This document shows positions 10,293 to 19,647 of a stretch of 64,000 bases of DNA, one piece after another; within the stretch, counting starts at the first letter, position 1, and each line of letters starts with the position of its first letter. Below the pieces are notes generated by a model. It made no database searches, was not told the DNA's origin, and saw only the letters and a program-made list of their open reading frames with translations. The stretch is from Bacteriovoracaceae bacterium (GTDB taxonomy: Bacteria; Bdellovibrionota; Bacteriovoracia; Bacteriovoracales; Bacteriovoracaceae), in NCBI GenBank assembly GCA_048270185.1, contig JBLWTJ010000001.1, positions 704,001 through 768,000 on the forward strand. Direction: 5' to 3'. A program made the translations under genes and the position numbers.

Positions 10293-12221
10293 TCAAAAGC
10301 CCGAGTAAAACCCTAGAGTTTCAGGATTGGCCACGGCCTGAATATTATCCAGTGCTCGCCCATTGATAAGGCGGCTCACGGCCATTTCCATCTTCTTACC
10401 AGAGCGAGTGTATGGGATGCCTTTGACGGCAATCACTCTCTTGGGCATGTGACGTGGGGTTGTATTTTCACGGATGCGATTTCTAATGAGCTTGATATCG
10501 TCTTCACTTAGTTCACGGCCGTCCTTTGTTACCACAAAGAGCCACACATCAACATCGCCTTCGATATTCTTTCCAACGCACACTGAATCTTCGATAAAGT
10601 CGATGGTTTCAGTTTGGCGATAGATTTCAGCGGTTCCGATTCTTACTCCCCCAGGATTTAGGGTTGCATCTGAGCGGCCAAGAACTTGGGCCCCACCAGA
10701 TTCAGTGATTTTGATGAAGTCACCGTGGTGCCAAACACCTTTAAATTCTGCAAAGTAGGCCTTGTGAATTCTTTCACCGTTATCATCATTTAAGAAATAG
10801 ATTGGGCGAGATGGAAAAGATTGGCGGCAAACGAGTTCGCCCTCTGCACCTTTGACTTCCTTGCCACGAGAATCAAAGCAAGTCACATCCATGCCAAGGC
10901 CAGCACATTGAAGCTCCCCTCTAAAGACCGGAAGAATCGGGTTTCCTAGAAAGAAACAACCAATGATATCCGTTCCACCAGAAATACTTGAAAGCTGAAT
11001 ATCTGATTTGATCCTATTATAAACGAAGTCAAATTGTTCAGGCAGCAGTGGTGCTCCTGTTGAAAGAATTGTTTCAAGACTTGAGAAATCAATCTTTGAA
11101 AGATCAGTGTCAGAGTCTTCTAGGGCCTTTAAGAATTTTGGGCTTGTGCCAAAAATATCAAGTTGCTCTCTTTCAATAATTGCTAGAAACTCTCCCATAG
11201 ATGGATAGGCCGGAGAGCCTTCATAGAGGACAACAGTTGAACCAAAGTAAAGAGAAGAAATCAGCCAATTCCACATCATCCAACCACAAGTTGTGAAGTA
11301 GAAGATTGAAGACTGCTCTTTTAGGTTTGAGTGAAGCCCAAGCTCTTTAATATGGTTAACAAGTGTTCCACCAATGCTGTGTACGATACACTTTGGCTTT
11401 CCAGTCGTTCCAGAAGAATACATGATATAAAGAGGATCAGCGAAGTTGCAATCAACATAAGTGATTTCATTATCACTTTCTTTAACCACTTCACTCCATG
11501 CCACGGCCTTATGAATTCTTGAAATATCAAGTCCCTCGCCATTGAAGTCAACGACGATAACTTTTTCAATTGAATCCACAACTTTAACAACAGCATTGAT
11601 TTTATCTGTGAGATCAAAGAATTTTCCACCGTACTCGTAACCATTAACAGTAACGAGAACTTTAGGACGAGATTGGCCAAAGCGATCAATCACTCCTTCT
11701 ATTCCAAAGTCACTTGAAGTCGAAGTAAAGACACCACCAAGCCCCGTTGTAGCAAGCATGGCAATTGGTGTTTCCGCGATATTTGGCATATAGCACGCAA
11801 GAACTTCACCTTTTGAAATGTGAGGCGCAATAACCTCTTGCAGCCCTGCTACTTGTTTACGAAGTGAACCGTAAGTCACACTACTTGTACGACCACTTTC
11901 ACGTACGCTCTTTAAAGCAATAGCAACGTCACGGCCATTCTTTAACATATTCCTTGCAAAGTTTAGCTTCACTTCAGGAAACCAACCGTAGCTATCAAAG
12001 CTTAAGTCGGTACAGACAGGCTCAAGATTTCCACTAAAGTCGACTTCATAGAATTTAATTAATTCTTTCCAAAAACCCTTTGGATTTTCGACAGAGTATT
12101 TATGAAGAGAGTGATAAGATTTGCAATCAAGTCCTTGGGTCTTATTAATCCACTTAATAAACTCCATCATATTCGATGACTGAACTTTCTCACTACTTGG
12201 CGTATATAAAATCTTATTCAC
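10293..12221 (-). CDS. Acetoacetate-CoA ligase (acetoacetyl-CoA synthetase)
   Basis: YIMYSSGTTGKPKCIVH AMP-binding loop; FYFTTCGWMMWNWL, SISGGTD, GRSDATLNPGGVRIGTAEIY typical of AACS. Confidence 0.9.
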   Translation of the reverse strand: MNKILYTPSSEKVQSSNMMEFIKWINKTQGLDCKSYHSLHKYSVENPKGFWKELIKFYEVDFSGNLEPVCTDLSFDSYGWFPEVKLNFARNMLKNGRDVAIALKSVRESGRTSSVTYGSLRKQVAGLQEVIAPHISKGEVLACYMPNIAETPIAMLATTGLGGVFTSTSSDFGIEGVIDRFGQSRPKVLVTVNGYEYGGKFFDLTDKINAVVKVVDSIEKVIVVDFNGEGLDISRIHKAVAWSEVVKESDNEITYVDCNFADPLYIMYSSGTTGKPKCIVHSIGGTLVNHIKELGLHSNLKEQSSIFYFTTCGWMMWNWLISSLYFGSTVVLYEGSPAYPSMGEFLAIIEREQLDIFGTSPKFLKALEDSDTDLSKIDFSSLETILSTGAPLLPEQFDFVYNRIKSDIQLSSISGGTDIIGCFFLGNPILPVFRGELQCAGLGMDVTCFDSRGKEVKGAEGELVCRQSFPSRPIYFLNDDNGERIHKAYFAEFKGVWHHGDFIKITESGGAQVLGRSDATLNPGGVRIGTAEIYRQTETIDFIEDSVCVGKNIEGDVDVWLFVVTKDGRELSEDDIKLIRNRIRENTTPRHMPKRVIAVKGIPYTRSGKKMEMAVSRLINGRALDNIQAVANPETLGFYSGF

Positions 12222-12241
12222 TTCTTCAAACCTTTAAAAAC

Positions 12242-12808
12242 TTAAACGAGACCTTTTAAGATCCCTGCACTCTCATTTTCAACTTTTTCATGGAGAGAGT
12301 TTCCATGGGCATCCATTGTCACAACAACAGGAAATTCATCAACTGTTAATTCCCAAATTGCTTCTGGTGAACCAAGATCACGCCAGTAAACATTATCAAC
12401 TGATTTAATTTTTTCGGCAAGAACTTGTGCAGCTCCACCAATTCCGTGGAAGTAAACACAACCGTACTCTTTACAACCAGCAAGAGTCTTTGGCCCCATT
12501 CCACCTTTACCGATAACACCGAGAATTCCGTGGTCACGCATAACTTCCCATTGGTATGGCTCCTCACGAATTGAAGTTGTCGGTCCTGCAGCTTTTACTT
12601 CATAACTGCCATCTTTATTTTCAAGTACAACTGGCCCGCAGTGGTAGATGATTTGATTATTTAAATCAACTGGAGGAGGAGTCCCTTCGTGAAGACGCTT
12701 GTGAACGGCATCGCGTCCTGTAAACATCTTGCCAGAGATTAAAACCATATCCCCTACTTTTAGTTCTCTAATTTGTTCTTTTGTGAATGGATAGTCTAAA
12801 CGTTTCAT
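12242..12808 (-). CDS. Class I fumarate hydratase beta subunit (split Fe-S type)
   Basis: GRDAVHKRL, IYHCGP, AGPTTSIR, GKGGMG, PEAIW, MDAHGNSLH. Confidence 0.9.
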   Translation of the reverse strand: MKRLDYPFTKEQIRELKVGDMVLISGKMFTGRDAVHKRLHEGTPPPVDLNNQIIYHCGPVVLENKDGSYEVKAAGPTTSIREEPYQWEVMRDHGILGVIGKGGMGPKTLAGCKEYGCVYFHGIGGAAQVLAEKIKSVDNVYWRDLGSPEAIWELTVDEFPVVVTMDAHGNSLHEKVENESAGILKGLV

Positions 12809-12822
12809 GTTCTAACCTCTTA

Positions 12823-14010
12823 CTAGTATAACCATTTATTGATTGTATTATTTGCTTTAAGAGCAATACCTTGTCTTCTAAATGCCCAGCACATATATGA
12901 GACTGAAACAAAGAATGATGCCGGCAGGCGGTTTAGATCTGTTACCTTACATCCTAGAAGAGTTGTCTTTCCACCAAATCCCATTGGCCCAATACCAAGT
13001 TTATTTGCCGTTTCAACGATATCTTTTTCAAGGTCAGCAAGAACTGGATTAGCATTAGAATCATCAAGCTTTCTTAGGAATTGATCTTTAGCAGCGACGT
13101 GACCTGTACCACGATCACCACCGATACAAACCCCAAGAACACCAGGACCACAACCCTTACCTTGAGCCTTTTGAACACAATCAAGGATAACCTTTCTTAC
13201 ACCATCAAGGTCTCGTCCTGCGTTTAACTCAGTATTTGGAAGTGAGTATTGAGCACCAACGTTCTCACATCCTCCACCTTTAAGCATAAGCTTTACTTCA
13301 AGATTCTTTGACTTGTGTTGAACGAATTTGATAACAGGGTGACCGCCACCAACGTTCATACAGTCATTCTTTCCAGTTAGTGAGTTTACTGAGTTCTGTC
13401 TAAGGTAACCGATTTCAGTTGCCTTAAGAACGGCCTTCTCACAAACTTTTCTAAATGCTGCTTGATCAAAGTCTTTTGGGTGATAAACCTTGAAAACAAT
13501 TGTTCCCGTATCTTGGCAAAGTGGCTGAGATTTCATTTCGGCCATCTTGATATTTGCTTGAATGATATTCATTGCGTATTCAGCTGTTGTGTTCTTTTCT
13601 TCTCTGTGAAGAGCTTCAAGAACGACTTTTTGAACGTCATCAGGTAGAACTGTTGAAGTTACTCTAACTAGTTCTAAGAGTGATTCAAAAAGAGCTTTGC
13701 TTGGGTTCGCCTTTTTCTTTGTAACTTTCTTAGTCGCTTTCTTTGCTACTTTTTTCTTCGTAACTTTTTTGGCTACTTTTTTCTTAGTAGCTTTCTTTGC
13801 CACTTTCTTCTTTGTAACTTTCTTAGTAGCTTTCTTAGTAGCTTTCTTTGCCACTTTTTTCTTAGCTACTTTCTTAGTCGCTTTCTTCGTAGTTTTTTTG
13901 GCTACTTTCTTCTTTGTAACTTTTTTGGCTACTTTCTTAGTCGCTTTCTTCGTAGTTTTTTTGGCTACTTTCTTAGTTGCTTTCTTTTTGGCCACTTTCT
14001 TTTTTGCCAC
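12823..14010 (-). CDS. Class I fumarate hydratase alpha subunit with N-terminal histone-H1-like Lys-rich extension
   Basis: PLCQDTG, KGGGCEN, KGCGP, GIGPMGFGG, CWAFRR; GTG start with GGAG RBS; first 100 aa are K/A/V/T repeats. Confidence 0.88.
   Translation of the reverse strand: MAKKKVAKKKATKKVAKKTTKKATKKVAKKVTKKKVAKKTTKKATKKVAKKKVAKKATKKATKKVTKKKVAKKATKKKVAKKVTKKKVAKKATKKVTKKKANPSKALFESLLELVRVTSTVLPDDVQKVVLEALHREEKNTTAEYAMNIIQANIKMAEMKSQPLCQDTGTIVFKVYHPKDFDQAAFRKVCEKAVLKATEIGYLRQNSVNSLTGKNDCMNVGGGHPVIKFVQHKSKNLEVKLMLKGGGCENVGAQYSLPNTELNAGRDLDGVRKVILDCVQKAQGKGCGPGVLGVCIGGDRGTGHVAAKDQFLRKLDDSNANPVLADLEKDIVETANKLGIGPMGFGGKTTLLGCKVTDLNRLPASFFVSVSYMCWAFRRQGIALKANNTINKWLY
13711..14010 (-). repeat. 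Degenerate tandem repeat encoding (VA/AT/VT/TT)KK(K), about 22 units
   Basis: Visible in protein and DNA (recurrent ggctactttcttagt/cgctttctt on the + strand). Confidence 0.9.
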
Positions 14011-14020
14011 ATCTGACTCC

Positions 14021-15079
14021 TTAATCTATATAGAAAAAATTTCCAAATTCATGTGCATACTTCTGTGTAATCATCCCATACCCTGGGTAGCTTACACCAT
14101 CTAATTTAAACTTCTTTCCAAAGCCTTTCACACCCCAAGAATTCTTGAAGTAGTAAACACCCTTATACTCAAAGAATTTCCAAGAACCGTCTTCCATTTG
14201 CATACGAGTTCTAACGACAACGTCATCATCGTAACCAACAAGAATCATCGAGTGTCCTCCTCCGTTAACGGCAGAGATGCGACGATCACGAGTTCCAACT
14301 TCAGGATAGCCAACGATTCCGGCATACCACTTGGACTTATCACGCTCTTGAATTTCATAGGTTTCAGTCTTCTTTGAGTTCCAAGAACCATAGTATAACT
14401 TAGTTCCTAGAATAACGGACTTACCTTGGCTTAACCATTTCTTAATTTTACTCAAGTCTTTCGACTTATATGACTTTTTTCTTGAGAAAAGATCATTCAC
14501 TAAAGTATCTCTTAAATAAATTGATTCCTTTCTAATAGGAATGAAGTCAGGGTCAATTTTAGAGATATCATAATCTGTCATTTCAAATAGTCGTGGATCT
14601 CTTTGTCCAAGAAGACATGACTTAAGATACTGAAGTTTTTCAACGAGATGACCACAAGTCTTGCGGGCCACATTGATTTGAGGAAAGTCTTCATCAAGTG
14701 AAGGCCACTTCTTCCTCTCGTAAGGCCAAGTCGATTCATAGACAACACCCCAATCATAAATGGCACGCATATTCTTTGAAGTTGTTGAACCTTCGTAAGA
14801 TTTATCCTTCATGATTAGGTATTCCATCCACTGCTCAGACAGATCGACTTCAGTAGGAAGAAAGCCTTGTTTCTTAATAAGTAAGTGTTCAACAATTCCT
14901 ATTGCACTAAACATCGTACACGTTCCGCGAGAGCCCTGAGACTTAACGGAAGATTGCATACTTATAAGCTCATGAATATTACTTTTGCTTGGATAATCTT
15001 GTGCCCTTACCGAGGCAAAGACAAGAGTGAATAGAATTGAAAAATTCAATAATTTTGATAAGGTACGTGTTGTTTTCAT
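14021..15079 (-). CDS. Secreted papain-like (C1 family) cysteine peptidase
   Basis: QGSRGTC (oxyanion Gln, catalytic Cys), DLSEQ, GGHSMILVGYDD (His), FKNSWG (Asn); N-terminal hydrophobic signal. Confidence 0.85.
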   Translation of the reverse strand: MKTTRTLSKLLNFSILFTLVFASVRAQDYPSKSNIHELISMQSSVKSQGSRGTCTMFSAIGIVEHLLIKKQGFLPTEVDLSEQWMEYLIMKDKSYEGSTTSKNMRAIYDWGVVYESTWPYERKKWPSLDEDFPQINVARKTCGHLVEKLQYLKSCLLGQRDPRLFEMTDYDISKIDPDFIPIRKESIYLRDTLVNDLFSRKKSYKSKDLSKIKKWLSQGKSVILGTKLYYGSWNSKKTETYEIQERDKSKWYAGIVGYPEVGTRDRRISAVNGGGHSMILVGYDDDVVVRTRMQMEDGSWKFFEYKGVYYFKNSWGVKGFGKKFKLDGVSYPGYGMITQKYAHEFGNFFYID

Positions 15080-15195
15080 GGTCAAAATTCTGACTCTTTA
15101 ACTCGGAATTAGCAAGATGCGTTGCATGACGAAAAGCCTGTGCAAAGCCTCTAAAACATATTGCCTAATCACCTTCTGACAGGCACATTATAGAC

Positions 15196-17241
15196 ATGAT
15201 TTCATTGGCAGGATTAAACGACAAACAACGCGAGGCAGCTGAGACCATCGAAGGCCCAGTACTTATTCTCGCAGGAGCAGGAAGTGGTAAGACTCGTACT
15301 CTTACTTACCGTATTGCTCACATGGTCGACAACCTCCACATCCCTTCAAAGCAGATCCTAGCAGTATCCTTTACCAATAAGGCCGCCAAGGAAATGAAAG
15401 AGCGCGTTATTACTCTCTTAGGCAAGCAGAAATCTCGTGGGATGACACTTGCGACATTTCATTCCCTAGGGCTTAAGATTCTAAAGAAAGAAATCGTCCA
15501 CCTTGGCTATCATAAGAATTTTTCCATCTATGACACAACCGATCAGATGGCCATTATTCGTGAAGGGCTTCGTCTCTATCACGATAATAAGGGAAACTTT
15601 AAGAAAGAAATCATTCAATCAAAGATCGGAAAACTTAAGAACGAAGGGATCACGCCTGAGAACTTTGCCGACTCACCATATTTTGATGGTGAAGACCCAT
15701 ACGATCACGCTACGAATTTTATATACGATTTCTATCAAGAAAAGCTTAAATTCTATAACGCCATCGATTTCGATGATATTTTGCTACTTACTGTAAAGCT
15801 CTTCGATGAAAACCCAGATATTGCAAAAGAGTATTCATCAAATTTTCAATATATCATGGTTGATGAATACCAAGATACAAATCCACTACAATTTAACTTA
15901 ATTCGCCATCTAACAACAACTCACGATAATCTATGTGTTGTTGGAGATGACGATCAGGCCATCTATTCATTTAGAGGTGCTGATATTTCAAATATTATTG
16001 GCTTTGAAAGAGACTACTCTCGTGCCAAAGTCGTTAAGCTTGAACAAAATTATCGTTCAGTTTCTCCAATACTAAAACTAGCAAACGCTGTTATTAAAGA
16101 GAATGCAGATCGACGAGATAAGACTCTTTGGTCAGATAAACCAAGTGATCTCAAACCAATTCTATGGGAATTAGAGGATACGGATCACGAAGCCGAAATC
16201 ATTGTTGAAGATATTGTCTCTCATCAATCAAAAGGTGGACACCTCGGTGATATCGCAGTTCTCTACCGCTCAAATACTCAAGCGGCACCAATAGAAGAAC
16301 AGCTAAGACTTTCACAAGTTCCTTATACTATTATAGGTGGCCAAAAGTTTTACGAAAAGAAAGAAGTAAAAGATATTATGGCCTATCTGATGCTCATCAA
16401 GAATCACTCAGATCAAATGTCACTAAGAAGAATTCTAAACGTTCCAAACCGCGGTATTGGAATGAAGACTTTAGAAAAATTCCTAGAAGAAAGTGAGGCC
16501 CATCAAACTGATCTCTTCAGTGTTCTAAAAAACTCACCAGAGATTGCAGGAACAAGAGCAGAAAAGATAGAAGGCTTTGTTCAGATTATTGAAACGGCAA
16601 AATCATACTTTGAAAAATACACACTAAGTGAGGCCATAACAAATCTCATCGAAGATTTAAAATACTTTGAATATATCGATAAATGCTACGATCAGGCCAA
16701 ACAGGCCAGTCGCAGGAAAGATGATATTCACTTCTTCATTGAATCAGCGGCGCGTTTTACTGAGAATTTCAAAGAATCAGCAACACTTGATAAATTCATG
16801 GAAAAACTCATGCTTCAAGACTCGCAAGATAATCAAAATGAGGAAGAAGATGATGATGTTAGAAAGAATGAAGTAACACTTATGACACTTCACTCATCTA
16901 AAGGCCTTGAGTTTAAACAAGTTTATATGGTTGGCGTTGAAGAAGAAATTCTTCCGCATAAGAGAACAATTATCAACAATGAAGGTGATGCTGAAGAGCG
17001 CAGGCTTTGTTATGTTGGGGTCACTCGAGCTCAAGAAAAGCTTATCATGACAGTATGTAAGCAAAGAAAGATTTATGGAAATATGCTTCCACGTCACCGC
17101 TCACGTTTTATTGTCACAGAAGATGCCAAGAGATTTTATACAGAACAAGACCGCCAAAACTTTGGTCACCTAGGATCACAAGAAGAAATTGAAGAATATA
17201 AGAAGGATTTCTTCTCTGGCCTTATGAATCTTCTAGATTAA
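15196..17241 (+). CDS. UvrD/Rep/PcrA family SF1A DNA helicase
   Basis: AGAGSGKT, VDEYQDTN, VGDDDQAIY, LEQNYRS, TLHSSKGLEF, EERRLCYVGVTRA; ends without the PcrA/UvrD C-terminal tail (Rep-like length). Confidence 0.93.
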   Translation: MISLAGLNDKQREAAETIEGPVLILAGAGSGKTRTLTYRIAHMVDNLHIPSKQILAVSFTNKAAKEMKERVITLLGKQKSRGMTLATFHSLGLKILKKEIVHLGYHKNFSIYDTTDQMAIIREGLRLYHDNKGNFKKEIIQSKIGKLKNEGITPENFADSPYFDGEDPYDHATNFIYDFYQEKLKFYNAIDFDDILLLTVKLFDENPDIAKEYSSNFQYIMVDEYQDTNPLQFNLIRHLTTTHDNLCVVGDDDQAIYSFRGADISNIIGFERDYSRAKVVKLEQNYRSVSPILKLANAVIKENADRRDKTLWSDKPSDLKPILWELEDTDHEAEIIVEDIVSHQSKGGHLGDIAVLYRSNTQAAPIEEQLRLSQVPYTIIGGQKFYEKKEVKDIMAYLMLIKNHSDQMSLRRILNVPNRGIGMKTLEKFLEESEAHQTDLFSVLKNSPEIAGTRAEKIEGFVQIIETAKSYFEKYTLSEAITNLIEDLKYFEYIDKCYDQAKQASRRKDDIHFFIESAARFTENFKESATLDKFMEKLMLQDSQDNQNEEEDDDVRKNEVTLMTLHSSKGLEFKQVYMVGVEEEILPHKRTIINNEGDAEERRLCYVGVTRAQEKLIMTVCKQRKIYGNMLPRHRSRFIVTEDAKRFYTEQDRQNFGHLGSQEEIEEYKKDFFSGLMNLLD

Positions 17242-17554
17242 ATTCCACTGTTACAGTTTGTGATGAATAGCCAGGAATAAGGCTTAACAGAGCTTCAAAG
17301 AATCCCTGAGAAATACCCACTCGCATTTTTGTTACTTCAGAGCACTTATAACTGCGTTGCTGTAGGATATCTCGAAGACGACGTTCTTCGATACCAAAAC
17401 CTGAAATATTCTTTTCGACTTTATAATCTAAGACTTCATCTGACTTTGCCCAGACTCCATTTCTTGAATTACAAAATTTCGAATTTAGCTTAACACCACT
17501 AGCACACGAGGTAGCAAGAATTACTATTGGTAGAAGACTAATCAAAAACTTCAT
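17222..17554 (-). CDS. Bor/Iss-like small lipoprotein
   Basis: Lipobox LATSC; C-terminal QGFFEALLSLIPGYSSQTVTV resembles the Bor-family pattern; start at ATG 17554 or 17560. Confidence 0.55.
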   Translation of the reverse strand: MKFLISLLPIVILATSCASGVKLNSKFCNSRNGVWAKSDEVLDYKVEKNISGFGIEERRLRDILQQRSYKCSEVTKMRVGISQGFFEALLSLIPGYSSQTVTVEFNLEDS

Positions 17555-17903
17555 ATTCATTCTCTCCAATATCAGCATCTGCTCTTGTCTCAATTGTCTT
17601 CTCATTAAATAGGCCAAGACTTAGAAATTTTAAAAGTTGCTGTAAACCTGTCTCGTATTCACTGATCTCAACTCGAGAAACATATTCACTACGGTTACGA
17701 AAAAGTCCGTCTCCCATCGCAATCTTATGTTGCTTAGGCAGATTTCCATAGAACATATTCTCAATTGTTCTGTGCTCCTTTAGGTCCACGACTTCTCGGT
17801 TAGCATGTTTAGAAATATGTAAAAGTCGATTGCCGTCACCTGAGTACAATGTACTCGAACATGAGACTGATAAAATCAAAAATGTTAATAGTGACAGCTT
17901 CAA
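17538..17903 (-). CDS. Bor/Iss-like small lipoprotein
   Basis: TTG start; lipobox SVSC; FYG motif and ETGLQQLLKFLSLGLFNEKTI resemble the Bor family. Confidence 0.55.
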   Translation of the reverse strand: MKLSLLTFLILSVSCSSTLYSGDGNRLLHISKHANREVVDLKEHRTIENMFYGNLPKQHKIAMGDGLFRNRSEYVSRVEISEYETGLQQLLKFLSLGLFNEKTIETRADADIGENEYEVFD

Positions 17904-17906
17904 GTA

Positions 17907-18722
17907 TTAATTACCTTTAAAGTCCGGTGCTCTTTTTTCTTTAAGTGCTGCAAGCCCTTCAAAGTGATCATTGGTTCTTTGAGCAATCCCTTGGTAGGCA
18001 CTCATAAGATTTAGATGAGCTTCAAGATCATCACGAGATGCTCTCTTCATTGCTGTCTTTGTCATTTGCACCGCAACTGGTGCATTAGCAGAAATTTCAT
18101 TGGCCATGGCCATAACTGCAAGCTCAAGATCTTCACTTGTAACAATATTATTGATTAGCCCCATGTGCATAACTTCTTTAGCTGTATAGATGCGCCCTGT
18201 AAGATACATTTCCATGGCCTTAGTGTATCCAACCTTACGAGTTAGAAAATACGGTCCCCCATCCCCTGGAACAAGAGAGAGCTTACAGAAAGTCTCACCA
18301 AACTTAGCATCATCACTTGCGATTGCAAGATCACACATCGCCACAAGATCACAACCAGCACCAATTGCACCACCATGAACCATGGCAATAATTGGCTTTT
18401 GTAATCTTTCAATTGTTCTTGGAATATTTTGAATCCCTTTAGAGTAGCGATTTCTTAATTCAAATGGCTCACCTGCAAACATTCCCTTGCGACTAACCAT
18501 GGCCTTTATATCACCACCAGCACAGAAGTTTTCTCCTTCACCTTTAAGAACGATAACACGCACTTCATTATCACCATCAGCATAAGTTAGAACTTCAGTT
18601 AATGAGGCGATCATTTTATTTGTAATGGCATTGGCCATTTTTGTATTATCAAGACTTACCCAAAGAGTATGACCTTTTAGTTCTACTTTTAAGTGTTCAA
18701 ATTCATAGCCGTAAATAGACAT
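17907..18722 (-). CDS. Enoyl-CoA hydratase/isomerase family protein
   Basis: FCAGGDI, AIGAGCDL, FGETFCKLSLVPGDGG. Confidence 0.88.
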   Translation of the reverse strand: MSIYGYEFEHLKVELKGHTLWVSLDNTKMANAITNKMIASLTEVLTYADGDNEVRVIVLKGEGENFCAGGDIKAMVSRKGMFAGEPFELRNRYSKGIQNIPRTIERLQKPIIAMVHGGAIGAGCDLVAMCDLAIASDDAKFGETFCKLSLVPGDGGPYFLTRKVGYTKAMEMYLTGRIYTAKEVMHMGLINNIVTSEDLELAVMAMANEISANAPVAVQMTKTAMKRASRDDLEAHLNLMSAYQGIAQRTNDHFEGLAALKEKRAPDFKGN

Positions 18723-19636
18723 TACTTTCTTCCTTTATATGCTTGAAAAAATTTAGATGGTGCTTGATGACCTATCTTATTCGTGATGAATTCACTAGCT
18801 TTATGTAGTTTGTCCATATCAACACCAGTATCAAGTCCTAATTTGTGTAGGAGATTGACGACATCATCAGTTGCAACATTCCCACTGGCCCCTTTTGCAT
18901 ATGGGCATCCTCCAAGACCTGCTGCTGACGAATCAAATACTTCGATATCTCCATTAGATGCCTCAAGAGAAGCATAGATATTGGCCAAGGCCATCCCTTC
19001 TGTATCGTGAAAGTGCATCGCCATTTGAGATAGTTCAAATTTTGAATCAATAAGTTTTACGATTCTCTTTACTTGAGCAGGGTTTGCAACTCCAATAGTA
19101 TCCCCTAGGGAGATTTCATAACAGCCAAGTTCTAGCAAGCGTTCGATACCTTCAATAATTGATTTATCTGTAACATCTTTTTCATAAGGACAGCCAAAGA
19201 CGGTTGAAAGATAACCACGCATCTTCATACCATTCGCCTTTGCAACTTTGGCCACTTCAACTTGTCTTTGATGAGCTTCTTCAACAGTAGCATTGATATT
19301 AGTCTGATTAAATGTATTTGAAGTCGCAGTAAACATGCTAATTTCTTTCACACCTAAGTCACGAGCAATTTCGAGCCCCTTAAGATTAGGCACAAGACAT
19401 GGAGTCGCAATCCCTAAAGGGTCAGTAAATTTTAAAACCTCAGGGTATAGTGTTGCCGCATCCTGCATCTGAGGAATTTTTTCAGCACGTACAAAGCTTG
19501 TTACTTCAATTGTTTTAAGTCCTGTTTCACTTAGAAGGCGAATAAATTCTAATTTATCAGTGGTGGCCACGAATGTTTTCTCATTCTGTAGGCCATCTCT
19601 TGGACCAACTTCAACAATTTTAACTTTCTTACTCAT
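18722..19636 (-). CDS. liuE: Hydroxymethylglutaryl-CoA lyase
   Basis: EVGPRDGLQNE, SLGDTIG, HFHDT, GLGGCPYAKGASGNVAT. Confidence 0.92.
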   Translation of the reverse strand: MSKKVKIVEVGPRDGLQNEKTFVATTDKLEFIRLLSETGLKTIEVTSFVRAEKIPQMQDAATLYPEVLKFTDPLGIATPCLVPNLKGLEIARDLGVKEISMFTATSNTFNQTNINATVEEAHQRQVEVAKVAKANGMKMRGYLSTVFGCPYEKDVTDKSIIEGIERLLELGCYEISLGDTIGVANPAQVKRIVKLIDSKFELSQMAMHFHDTEGMALANIYASLEASNGDIEVFDSSAAGLGGCPYAKGASGNVATDDVVNLLHKLGLDTGVDMDKLHKASEFITNKIGHQAPSKFFQAYKGRK

Positions 19637-19647
19637 ATTCTTTCCAA

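Noticed and set aside
13697..14104. 135-aa Phe-rich 'membrane protein' ORF on the + strand
   Set aside because: Antisense shadow of the Lys-rich repeat (AAA/AAG read as TTT/CTT); the minus-strand gene has the RBS and enzyme homology.
15196..17241. Helicase as part of an anti-phage system (e.g. Gabija B)
   Set aside because: Canonical full-length UvrD/Rep motifs and no adjacent OLD/TOPRIM nuclease.
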